Origin: Candidatus Saccharimonadota bacterium
Lineage (GTDB): Bacteria > Patescibacteriota > Saccharimonadia > Saccharimonadales > Saccharimonadaceae
Length of the DNA stretch: 32,000 bases
Assembly: GCF_025273655.1 (NCBI RefSeq)
Contig: NZ_CP045921.1
Location: forward strand, 390,001 to 422,000
Direction: 5' to 3'
Positions 1 to 7,793 of the stretch are shown piece after piece; position 1 is the first letter of the stretch, and every line of letters starts with the position of its first letter. The notes beneath the pieces are model-generated. The model made no database searches. It was not told where the DNA came from and saw only the letters and a program-made list of their open reading frames with translations. The position numbers and the translations under genes are program-made.

Positions 1-303
1 CGAGCTGTTGTCGCCGAGCCAGATTGGCCCACACACTACCACGATATCAGCAGCTTTAACCTTTTCGAACAGCTGGGGCCATTCATCTGTTTTCCAGCCG
101 TGCTCGCGCATATCTGGCTGTACACCAGTTGCTATATCATGATCAATTGTGCGAATAATCTCGGCCGAGGCACCAAGCTTTTGCATGAGGTTGACGCTTG
201 CCCGTAGTAGCCCCTCAGTGTTGCTGACCTCTGGCGAGCGCTTGAGCGTGCCGTTGAAAAACAAGGCTTTGAGTCCGGTGAAATCAGATTGCGTATCTGC
301 CAT
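1..303 (-). CDS. Flavodoxin-fold NAD(P)H-dependent FMN reductase-like protein (N-terminal 101 codons; continues beyond window edge)
   Basis: Not in ORF track because it is open at the window edge. Manual minus-strand translation from ATG 303..301: MADTQSDFTGLKALFFNGTLKRSPEVSNTEGLLRASVNLMQKLGASAEIIRTIDHDIATGVQPDMREHGWKTDEWPQLFEKVKAADIVVVCGPIWLGDNSS. GGAGGA SD (complement of 308-313). TATACT -10 (complement of 327-332). Family call by recall of flavodoxin-like reductases. Confidence 0.6.
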   Translation of the reverse strand, partial: MADTQSDFTGLKALFFNGTLKRSPEVSNTEGLLRASVNLMQKLGASAEIIRTIDHDIATGVQPDMREHGWKTDEWPQLFEKVKAADIVVVCGPIWLGDNSS

Positions 304-358
304 TCTATCCTCCTTTCGTACTTACCAGTATACACCCGACTGATGCTCGGCGCGAATG

Positions 359-934
359 TCATGTATGCGATACGTAGGGATTGTCTCTGATATAAAACCG
401 CCAAGGCTCATCGCGGGCCTTGCTGATACCTATACGTGTCGTTTGGACAATTTGATCCAGTGGCAATGGATCACGCAGAAGTAATTTGCACGGATTTTTT
501 GCAAGATCGTGGCCGTTTAAAACCTTGTCTATTTGGAGTGCTTGGCACAATTTGGCAGGACCGTTGGTGAGTGCGATACCGTCTTTGTCTCGCAGTTGCT
601 GCATATGCGTTTGTCCTTCAAGTGGCTCTGCGGCTCGTAGAAGTACTGCGGCACCGTAACCCTCTCTGCCTACGACAACATTGCAACAATAATGCATCCC
701 ATAGGTAAAGTACACATAGAGATGTCCTGCTGAGCCAAACATGACATCGGTTCGAGGGGTGCGGCCATGGTAGCTGTGACTCGCTGCGTCTGACTGGTGG
801 TATGCTTCGGTCTCGACGATGCGTACGCGTAGTAGCTTACCGTCAATCTCTCGAATAAGTTCTGCCCCGAGTAAATACTTAGCGGCCTCTATCGCGTCCA
901 TTGCATCGAGAATCGAGTGGATGTTTGGATTCAT
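359..934 (-). CDS. mpg: DNA-3-methyladenine glycosylase (Mpg/AAG family)
   Basis: 191-aa ORF. The stretch VETEAYHQSDAASHSYHGRTPRTDVMFGSAGHLYVYFTYGMHYCCNVV matches the conserved core of the AAG/Mpg family as I recall it. Confidence 0.85.
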   Translation of the reverse strand: MNPNIHSILDAMDAIEAAKYLLGAELIREIDGKLLRVRIVETEAYHQSDAASHSYHGRTPRTDVMFGSAGHLYVYFTYGMHYCCNVVVGREGYGAAVLLRAAEPLEGQTHMQQLRDKDGIALTNGPAKLCQALQIDKVLNGHDLAKNPCKLLLRDPLPLDQIVQTTRIGISKARDEPWRFYIRDNPYVSHT

Positions 935-946
935 GGGTGTGGCAGA

Positions 947-1339
947 TTACTGTGCGACAAATGGCAAAAAGTACGCGACTACAGCAACAAGCGCACCGAT
1001 ACATACTGCTCCCGTGATGATTGTCACAGCTTTTTGCTGATCTTTTTTGCGGTATTCAGCCTGGTCGACGCTTTCCTGGTGCTTCATGTCATCGCTGACA
1101 TTGAACAGCCCGCTCATGCCAAATTTGGCACAAAAATGTAGATAGGCCTGGAGGAATCCCATCGCTGCGAGTGTGGCCGGTATGAAAACTAGCGCGCGCC
1201 ACGCCGCGTCGATAGGCACAAGATAAAACAGTACGAATAACGCAATTGTCAGGGTCAAGCCAATATATCCTGTCATGCGCCGCATGCGAATCTCGGCGGG
1301 ACCGATATTACAGACTCCGGGTATATAGTTCGTGCTCAT
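947..1339 (-). CDS. Hypothetical membrane protein (3 predicted TM segments)
   Basis: ORF track gives 947..1504. I prefer the internal ATG at 1339 (MSTNYIPGVCNIGPAE...) because a TATACT -10 (complement of 1346-1351) sits exactly 6 nt upstream and the longer form would run through the divergent FKBP promoter. Hydrophobic segments are present. Confidence 0.55.
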   Translation of the reverse strand: MSTNYIPGVCNIGPAEIRMRRMTGYIGLTLTIALFVLFYLVPIDAAWRALVFIPATLAAMGFLQAYLHFCAKFGMSGLFNVSDDMKHQESVDQAEYRKKDQQKAVTIITGAVCIGALVAVVAYFLPFVAQ

Positions 1340-1345
1340 ACTTCT

Positions 1346-1370
1346 AGTATACTCCTGTCCGCGGTATACT
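1346..1370. promoter_or_regulatory. Divergent pair of leaderless-type promoters (TATACT-N6-ATG on each strand)
   Basis: Minus: the complement of 1346-1351 is TATACT, then 6 nt to ATG 1339. Plus: TATACT at 1365-1370, then 6 nt to ATG 1377. No SD on either side. Confidence 0.55.
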
Positions 1371-1376
1371 GGATAT

Positions 1377-1757
1377 ATGAATGATTCCCAACTCGAAGGT
1401 ACAAAACTTGCTAACTTTACTCCCCTGCCAAAAGTCGCAGAGTTGCAGATTATCGATACGGTCGAAGGAACTGGCGAGACAGTACCCGAAGGTGCGACGA
1501 TCACAGCCCACTACACCGGGGCGTTGTGCGTAGACGGTACTATTTTTCAGAGTAGCCATGATTTTGACGAGCCCATTACGTTTCCGCTTGACCGCGTGAT
1601 TGCGGGCTGGACTGAGGGTGTTCCCGGTATGAAAGTCGGTGGTACGCGCCGCCTTATTATCCCTTCGGAAAAAGCCTACGGCTCTGTACGCGCCGCAGCG
1701 AATATCCCACCAAATAGCGACCTGGTATTTGATATCGAACTAGTAGCAATCAAATAG
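1377..1757 (+). CDS. FKBP-type peptidyl-prolyl cis-trans isomerase
   Basis: Motifs HYTGAL..DGTIFQSS and IAGWTEGVPGMKVGGTRRLIIPSEKAYG...LVFDIELV are typical of the FKBP_C domain. Start moved to ATG 1377 (TATACT 1365-1370 followed by 6 nt). Confidence 0.85.
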   Translation: MNDSQLEGTKLANFTPLPKVAELQIIDTVEGTGETVPEGATITAHYTGALCVDGTIFQSSHDFDEPITFPLDRVIAGWTEGVPGMKVGGTRRLIIPSEKAYGSVRAAANIPPNSDLVFDIELVAIK

Positions 1758-2442
1758 TCGGAGGATTATCTCTCTTGTAGGTAAGGGCGCGACGGCTCGA
1801 CTGCTCGTAAAACGCGCGTGCTGCAAACGCAAGGATAGCATGCCGAGTATCACTGAGTGATTGTGAAAAATATACGTCTATACCATCTATATGAAACCCA
1901 TACTCGCCTGCGACTGTTGCTGCAGCTTCATATTTAGTGAGGTCATGGGTGGCGGCTAGCGAATATATATCGATGAGACCATCTTCGATCGCTGCATGGA
2001 CAGCCGTATTAGATAGGACTTCCCTGTAGCGCCGCTCCGTCTCTGGGGTGTTGCGAACCATATCTGGTCGCGGAAAAGGATGGGATGTAATGGCGTCGAG
2101 TGCGCTGCTGTGTGCCTGTTCTGTAGATATTGTATCGAGCGCGATGTGTGATGCATCGTACACAGCAATTTTCGCAGCACCGGGTCCAAACGAATAGCTT
2201 CTTTCTTGGCCATTTTGTTCTATTCCGGTAAGTTTAAACTGCGGTAGCGGCTCATCAAGCGTGCGACTCATGAGATGAGCATGATCAAACACTTCGCTGT
2301 TCCATGTAGCTGTGACACGACCGGTTGCCGTATCCACATCCCCATTATGACGCAGTATGTCGCGTGCATACATACCTATGTCGTAAACCGTAAAATCTTG
2401 AGGATGCACTACGAAGTTGTCTCGATTAATACGTGATGGCAT
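1750..2442 (-). CDS. Hypothetical protein (230 aa)
   Basis: Long ORF with AGGAG SD (complement of 2451-2455) 8 nt upstream of ATG 2442. No family recognised. Confidence 0.6.
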   Translation of the reverse strand: MPSRINRDNFVVHPQDFTVYDIGMYARDILRHNGDVDTATGRVTATWNSEVFDHAHLMSRTLDEPLPQFKLTGIEQNGQERSYSFGPGAAKIAVYDASHIALDTISTEQAHSSALDAITSHPFPRPDMVRNTPETERRYREVLSNTAVHAAIEDGLIDIYSLAATHDLTKYEAAATVAGEYGFHIDGIDVYFSQSLSDTRHAILAFAARAFYEQSSRRALTYKRDNPPTI

Positions 2443-2506
2443 GGTAACTACTCCTGTTAGTAGAGATTGTACTCGTACTCATGGCAAAATCAAGTTTTTA
2501 TGTTGG

Positions 2507-3331
2507 TTAGCTTTCTTCGCTACGAATAATCTCGTGTGCGCTGGAGATGACGATGAAGGCGCGCGGATCAACTGCATAGACCGCGGCTTTGATTTTTTGC
2601 TCTTCGAACCGAGTGATAACTGCCAGTAGCACACCGTGCGGTTCCGGGTCTTTGGGGTTGCTTTCTTTGACATAGGTCACTGGTTCTTCGATGACACTAT
2701 TGATAGCTTTGCCGATATCACGCACGTTCATACTCACGATCCAGACGCTTCTGTCTTCGTTGAGTCCTTCTACGGTAACATCAATGGCTTTGTGTGCAAC
2801 GAAGTAGGCCACTAGCGAATACATGGCTGCTTCCCATCCAAACACAAATCCAGACAAGGCGATGATGAGACCATTAATCGTCATGATAGCTTCGCCTACA
2901 GAAAAGACGGTTACTCGGTCGATGAGCACCGCAACAGTATCGGCACCGTCGATGATACCACCATAGCGGATAACAATGCCCACGCCCACGCCAACGAACA
3001 TGCCGCCAAATACGGCCGCGAGAATGGGCGTATCGGTGAAACCGTGGTTGAAATGCACAGATGTGAGTATCGCGAGCATCACGATACCTATCGTGGAATA
3101 CGCCGCAAATGTACCGCCTAGTCTGCGATATCCAAGATACACAAACGGTATATTTAGGAGTAGCAGGAATACACCAAGTGGCCAACCGCTTAGGTGGGCG
3201 GCAATAATAGAAAGTCCAGTGACACCGCCGTCAAGCAAATGATTTGGGAGGAGAAAAAACTGAAGACCGAGAGCGGTGATAGCACTACCGAGTAGTATAA
3301 AAACTATATTTTTGGCATGGGCTATCGTCAT
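2507..3331 (-). CDS. YitT family membrane protein (DUF2179 C-terminal domain)
   Basis: Multi-TM N-terminal part with the LLDGGVTGLSII motif and a soluble C-terminal domain, typical of YitT. GGAG (complement of 3337-3340) sits 5 nt upstream of ATG 3331, so I prefer 3331 over the track GTG at 3337. Confidence 0.8.
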   Translation of the reverse strand: MTIAHAKNIVFILLGSAITALGLQFFLLPNHLLDGGVTGLSIIAAHLSGWPLGVFLLLLNIPFVYLGYRRLGGTFAAYSTIGIVMLAILTSVHFNHGFTDTPILAAVFGGMFVGVGVGIVIRYGGIIDGADTVAVLIDRVTVFSVGEAIMTINGLIIALSGFVFGWEAAMYSLVAYFVAHKAIDVTVEGLNEDRSVWIVSMNVRDIGKAINSVIEEPVTYVKESNPKDPEPHGVLLAVITRFEEQKIKAAVYAVDPRAFIVISSAHEIIRSEES

Positions 3332-3395
3332 CGGCACTCCGTTTTTTTATGTGGTCATGCCTCCATTGTACAGAGTGTTCGTACGCTTTGTCGAA

Positions 3396-3608
3396 TTATT
3401 CTGAGCGGGGTTGCGTGGTAACAGGTGCCGTTGGTACAACAATCCAAAGTATGATATACGGCAAAAATCCAGGTAGTCCGCCAGGAAGTAGCAAAAGCAC
3501 GGCTATGACGCGAATAATAGTCGGGTCAATATTGAAATATTCTGCGATGCCAGCGCAGACGCCAGCGATTTTGCGGTCCTGTGCGGAACGATAGAGTCGT
3601 TTAGTCAT
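3396..3608 (-). CDS. PspC domain-containing membrane protein
   Basis: 70 aa. RLYRSAQDRKIAGVCAGIAEYFNIDPTIIRVIAVLL is the PspC signature, followed by a TM segment. Leaderless-type promoter TGCTATACT-N6-ATG. Confidence 0.8.
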   Translation of the reverse strand: MTKRLYRSAQDRKIAGVCAGIAEYFNIDPTIIRVIAVLLLLPGGLPGFLPYIILWIVVPTAPVTTQPRSE

Positions 3609-3614
3609 ATTTCT

Positions 3615-3623
3615 AGTATAGCA
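3615..3623 (-). promoter_or_regulatory. Extended -10 TGCTATACT, 6 nt upstream of the pspC-like ATG (leaderless)
   Basis: The complement of 3615-3623 reads TGCTATACT. The ATG is at 3608. Confidence 0.5.
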
Positions 3624-3631
3624 CTCGCTTG

Positions 3632-4987
3632 TTACCCCTCCCGTGCTTCGTCGAACTTGGTTGCCATTGTAGGATTTCCACGCGTCAGGCGTTTGATCGT
3701 GAGATCTTGTGCTTTATTGTTGGCAAGACGCAGGTTGTTGCCTGATTTCATCAGGTTTTCTTTGACCTTATTCAGACGATCAATAGATTTGTCGATCTCA
3801 TCGATTGCACTTTCAAACTGCTTCAGCGTGAGATCTGTATTTCGCGAGAAACTTGACTTGAACTCATGCATACTCTGCTCAAAATTTGTCACATCAACAT
3901 GCTGGTTGTTGAGCGCGTGAATTTGCTTACGTAGCTCTTGTGATTTCAGACTACCGGCGCGGAGGAAACCGATGATAGTGATGAAGTGCTGTGGACGAAT
4001 TACGAACATATTTGGATATTCGTGCACGGTTACAATGTCATCGTAGTACTCATTGTCTTTCTCGAGTAGACTGACGAGTACAGCAAACTCACACTTCTTC
4101 TCGCGGCGATCTTTGTCTAGCTCTTTGAAGAAGTCTTTGTTTTTGTGTTTGGTTGCGGTTGTCTCATGCTCGTTTTTCATCTCAAACATGATGGAGAGCA
4201 TTTCGCTACCTTCGTCGTTTGTCTCGCGGTATATGTAGTCTCCTTTGCTACCGGTGCCAGATACAGTATTGTCTTTGCCGAACTCGGCGCCTGGAAATGC
4301 GATTGGGCGAATGCGGTTGAACTCGTTTTCGCAGTGGATTTCGAGCGACTCCCCTATCATCTTGGTGCTCATGCGCGTGCGCATCTCCTTCAGCGACACG
4401 AGTGCGGTTTCGCTGGCGCGGAGTTGCTCTTTATACTTCTCGGCGTCGAGTTCGCGCTGGTGCGAGAGCGCGCTGAGTTCTGCTTCTTTGCTAGATAGTT
4501 GTTGGCGGAACTTTTCTTCGAGCTGGCGCTGCGCTTCGAGTGCAGCGAGCTTGGTGTCGGACGCAGTTTGCTGCGAGACGGATTCTACCTGCGCACGGAG
4601 CGTGGTGATCTCGGCGTCTTTCTCGACCTTGATACGTGCTGCTTCGGCTTCTAGTTTCGCTAAGTCTGCCTGTAGCTCGCCCTTGGTGCGAGCAGTGGCA
4701 AGTTCTACGGCCGCATCCTTGTCGCGCTCCAGCTGGGTAACTTTTTCGAGTAACTTGCGCTCTTTCAGCTCGGCTTCGAGGGCTTTTTCGCGCTCGATCG
4801 CCTCGCGCACTTTGGCGACCTCAGCCTCGAAGGCGTCTTTTTTGATGCTATTGACCACGTTTTTCACGGTCGTAGTGTCGATATCGGTTTCGTGAATAGT
4901 ACGTAGGTCGACCGTATCGCCTTTATTTGCGGCTTCTTGGAGTACGAGTGTGTATTCGTCTTGGATGGCTACTTTGATTTTCTTCAT
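3632..4987 (-). CDS. DUF2130-like protein: long coiled coil plus C-terminal PD-(D/E)xK-like region
   Basis: 451 aa. E/K/A-rich coiled coil at about residues 50-210, then GSKGDYIYRE...SIMFEMKNE (D...E-x-K pattern). Overall architecture recalled as DUF2130 (RmuC-like organisation). Confidence 0.65.
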   Translation of the reverse strand: MKKIKVAIQDEYTLVLQEAANKGDTVDLRTIHETDIDTTTVKNVVNSIKKDAFEAEVAKVREAIEREKALEAELKERKLLEKVTQLERDKDAAVELATARTKGELQADLAKLEAEAARIKVEKDAEITTLRAQVESVSQQTASDTKLAALEAQRQLEEKFRQQLSSKEAELSALSHQRELDAEKYKEQLRASETALVSLKEMRTRMSTKMIGESLEIHCENEFNRIRPIAFPGAEFGKDNTVSGTGSKGDYIYRETNDEGSEMLSIMFEMKNEHETTATKHKNKDFFKELDKDRREKKCEFAVLVSLLEKDNEYYDDIVTVHEYPNMFVIRPQHFITIIGFLRAGSLKSQELRKQIHALNNQHVDVTNFEQSMHEFKSSFSRNTDLTLKQFESAIDEIDKSIDRLNKVKENLMKSGNNLRLANNKAQDLTIKRLTRGNPTMATKFDEAREG

Positions 4988-5101
4988 ACTGCTACTAGTA
5001 TAGAAGATTTACACGTATGCGTCAGCGAAAACTATTTTACCGGGTCTGTATATGCATAAGTTTTTTGTATTTTGAGGATAGCAGGATATATTGGCTGTAC
5101 T

Positions 5102-5749
5102 ATGAGTAGCGAAATGCACCAAGAGTTTAATGACGAGAACACACCAATCATAGAACCGGCCAAAAAAGGATTCGAATATGTCGCCGATCTAACAAACAGG
5201 CAGCTCGAACTGTTCAATGAAGCACTTGTAGAATATACGGATACTCCAAGCGTTAAAAATGACGAAGTACTTGTTAGTCTGGTTACGTCGCATGCAGACT
5301 CAGTCCAGCGTACGCTTGAAGCATACGGTGCTGAGTTTGGGGATGGAATTGCTGCGTTTCGAGCGATGACATATTACGTGGTGGGACTCGAGCAGCGTCG
5401 TGTAGAAATGATGAATAGCCTTGGATTAGAGGGTGCGGAGTTTAAAGTTATAAACAATGGAGATGTCGAAGGGGTTCTCTATGTGGCGCCAGAATATGAC
5501 GACACTGACACTACGGCGAGTGTCGAGCCTAGTGAAGTGGTCGAGACAGTGCACAGTTTTTATATGGGTAGATTTGGTGCAGACCTAAAGACTCTCCATG
5601 ATGCTGCACACGCCACGTATGATAACTCCCCTCGAGGTAGACGTAAAAAGTACATGCGGCATGTTGGTAGCTACGCGCTCGATGTCACGAAGGTAGCGGT
5701 TGGCGTGGTGGGCGCTATAGCTATAGCCAAAAAAACGAAATTATTGTGA
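5102..5749 (+). CDS. Hypothetical protein with C-terminal hydrophobic anchor
   Basis: ORF track starts at TTG 5072. ATG 5102 (MSSEMHQEF...) is preferred and is preceded by TATATT (5087-5092). C-terminal VAVGVVGAIAIA is TM-like. No family recognised. Confidence 0.5.
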   Translation: MSSEMHQEFNDENTPIIEPAKKGFEYVADLTNRQLELFNEALVEYTDTPSVKNDEVLVSLVTSHADSVQRTLEAYGAEFGDGIAAFRAMTYYVVGLEQRRVEMMNSLGLEGAEFKVINNGDVEGVLYVAPEYDDTDTTASVEPSEVVETVHSFYMGRFGADLKTLHDAAHATYDNSPRGRRKKYMRHVGSYALDVTKVAVGVVGAIAIAKKTKLL

Positions 5750-6538
5750 TGACTGCCGTTGGCGGAACTGCTCGTACAGACATACGGCCGTCGCTGCTGC
5801 GACGTTGAGTGATTCAACTGGCGTGGCGGCCTGGGGGATGTGGACGCGCTCTGTGGTGAGGGTCGCAAGCACGGTCGATACGCCTTGCCCTTCGTTGCCT
5901 ACAAGCCACGCGGTAGGTTGCCTTAAGTCTAGGTCGTATAAGTCGACACTATCGCCGGTGAGCATGGTGGCATATACGGGTGTTTGAGACGATTTGATGA
6001 GCTTCTGCAGGTTGCTTTGCTCGTAAATGCGTAGTGCAAATTGTGCACCCATGCCAGCGCGCAATGCTTTTGGCGACCATGCAGAGGCACAATCTGGCGA
6101 TAGGTAGACATCCGTGATTCCTGAAGCGGCTGCGGTGCGTAGCATGGTGCCGAGATTGCCCGGGTCTTGCACGTCTTCGACAAGCAACGCATCTCCTATG
6201 AGCGCCGTGTTCGAGGCTTCGGGTATGGAGAATACGATAGAAATACCGACCGCAGCGTGTACGTCGGCGACAGACTCATAGATATTGTCGGCAAACTCGA
6301 TGAGCGTTGTGCTGGTATGCTGAAGTTGCCGCACGAGTTCGATTACCTCTTCGTTTGCCTGCGCGGCTGTAGCGATGATACATATTTCTGGCGTGTCGCC
6401 AGTGTCGAGGAAGCTGTGCGCGAGGTGCGTGCCACTCGCGATCGTCCTGCCTTCTTCGCGTCGAGTTTTACCACTAGTGGCGAGCTTGCGAAGTCTGCGA
6501 ACGGTTGGGTTGTTATTGCTGGTGATAATATCGGACAT
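5741..6538 (-). CDS. TrmH/SpoU family RNA 2'-O-methyltransferase
   Basis: 265 aa. SpoU motifs DPGNLGTMLRTAAASG, WLVGNEGQGVS and IPQAATPVESLNVAAATAVCLYE. Confidence 0.85.
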   Translation of the reverse strand: MSDIITSNNNPTVRRLRKLATSGKTRREEGRTIASGTHLAHSFLDTGDTPEICIIATAAQANEEVIELVRQLQHTSTTLIEFADNIYESVADVHAAVGISIVFSIPEASNTALIGDALLVEDVQDPGNLGTMLRTAAASGITDVYLSPDCASAWSPKALRAGMGAQFALRIYEQSNLQKLIKSSQTPVYATMLTGDSVDLYDLDLRQPTAWLVGNEGQGVSTVLATLTTERVHIPQAATPVESLNVAAATAVCLYEQFRQRQSSQ

Positions 6539-6671
6539 AACTATGCTCCAGTATAGCGCATATGCCTCATGGCCGTAGACGAAAATAGCAAAAAATTATA
6601 CAATATAAATAATCGCATCGTGCGATAGTGCGAGTATATATTCGCACCTCCTCTTGAGGAAGGAACCTGTT

Positions 6672-6896
6672 ATGGGAGACAAGATTGAAAAATGGTGTGG
6701 TGTGGTCGCAGGAGTGACCGTGCTTGCGATGCTGCTGGCGGGTATCTTCTATACCACTCCCGGCTCGGATGCAGGACCAATTTGGTGGGCAGGGGTCGCC
6801 ATGCTGGTCATGTTGCTCTCCGTCGTATACGGGGCGAGAAGCACCGATCGACGTACTGTGCGACGGATGCGGGAGCATCATGCTCGCCTGGAGTAA
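6672..6896 (+). CDS. Small membrane protein (2 TM)
   Basis: GAGGAAGGA SD (6656-6664) upstream of ATG 6672. Two hydrophobic helices (VVAGVTVLAMLLAGIF and WWAGVAMLVMLLSVV). The competing minus ORF 6567..6881 lacks such signals. Confidence 0.45.
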   Translation: MGDKIEKWCGVVAGVTVLAMLLAGIFYTTPGSDAGPIWWAGVAMLVMLLSVVYGARSTDRRTVRRMREHHARLE

Positions 6897-6912
6897 ACCT
6901 TCCCTAGGGGCG

Positions 6913-6973
6913 CCGCCGCGCTAGCGTGACAACGCAGGGAGCGGCGGACGCGCACCGGAGAAATTCGGTGCGC
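6913..6973 (+). terminator. Two adjacent GC-rich hairpins downstream of the small membrane gene (no U-tract)
   Basis: CCGCCGC (6913-6919) pairs with GCGGCGG (6941-6947). GCGCACCG (6950-6957) pairs with CGGTGCGC (6966-6973). Locally very GC-rich compared with flanks. Confidence 0.35.
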
Positions 6974-7098
6974 ACTCACTCTGACTCTCCAGTTAATTGA
7001 TCAAATATATCATATATGGTATTATATAATTTACGCATATGTTCATAACATGAATGTGTGTAGACAGTGTAGGGATCAAGCCGCTCGAAGGAGCACTG

Positions 7099-7545
7099 AT
7101 GAAAGATTTGGCCAAGGAGTGCGACAGCGTGATCGTGTTTGGTTCGGTATCTCGGACGCTGTGCAAACAGGTCATGCGAGAAGCCGGATATCGTCGACAC
7201 CAAGGCAGCCGCGTGATCACAGCCGGTGCGCTGTGGGCACCGCATCTGCGCGAATACTCGTGGATGCAGCCGCGTACGGTGCAAGAAGTGCTCGACAGGG
7301 TTGCGCCGACACTCGTCGACAAGGCATCTGAGCAGCAGCAACTCATTGAGGAGCGGTTGCGCAATCCTCTGCTACGCAACGTCGGCCTCATCATCTACGA
7401 GGCCTCCATGCCGTTCTACGGTACACCGTACGGCGATACACCCGAGCTATTTCGCAGGGCAATACACCAGCTGCAGTCTGAATATGGATGGCCACGAGCC
7501 AAGGTGTATGCCGTAGCTCAGCACTATCGTCAGCGTCGGTGGTAA
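7099..7545 (+). CDS. Hypothetical protein (148 aa)
   Basis: AAGGAG SD (7088-7093) 5 nt upstream of ATG 7099. The overlapping minus-strand ORFs are Arg/Ser-rich shadows. Confidence 0.5.
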   Translation: MKDLAKECDSVIVFGSVSRTLCKQVMREAGYRRHQGSRVITAGALWAPHLREYSWMQPRTVQEVLDRVAPTLVDKASEQQQLIEERLRNPLLRNVGLIIYEASMPFYGTPYGDTPELFRRAIHQLQSEYGWPRAKVYAVAQHYRQRRW

Positions 7546-7793
7546 TTTCTCGGTTGGTATGTAACCCCGGGGTGTGAAGCTTCAGCGCTCGGGCTCTTCC
7601 TTGCACTGTCGCTTTACCAAAGATTTCAATCGTGTTGAAGTTTTTGGTGAAGGACTATTTTAAACCTTTATTCATACAGTATAAGTATTCTGGATTGGAT
7701 AATTCGTGTGGGCAGACACTCGGACTGTTGTATAGAACACGCCGAGTGTGGTTAAATAACCATAAGTAACTCTGGCGAGGAGAGTGGAGAAAA

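Noticed and set aside
1340-1504. Long form of the membrane-protein ORF (947..1504), and the long form of FKBP (from 1332)
   Set aside because: The extensions overlap each other and run across both divergent TATACT promoters. The internal ATGs at 1339 and 1377 fit the TATACT-N6-ATG pattern.
4245-4895. 216-aa plus-strand ORF (and neighbours 3657..3920 and 4145..4498) antisense to the DUF2130 gene
   Set aside because: The Ser/Ala/Cys-rich low-complexity translation is the mirror image of the Glu/Lys/Ala-rich coiled-coil codons. It has no SD or promoter. It is a shadow ORF.
6976-7394. Minus-strand ORFs 6976..7341 and 6993..7394, and 6567..6881
   Set aside because: They are Arg/Cys/Ser-rich shadow translations overlapping plus-strand ORFs that have SD sequences and, for 6672..6896, clear TM helices.
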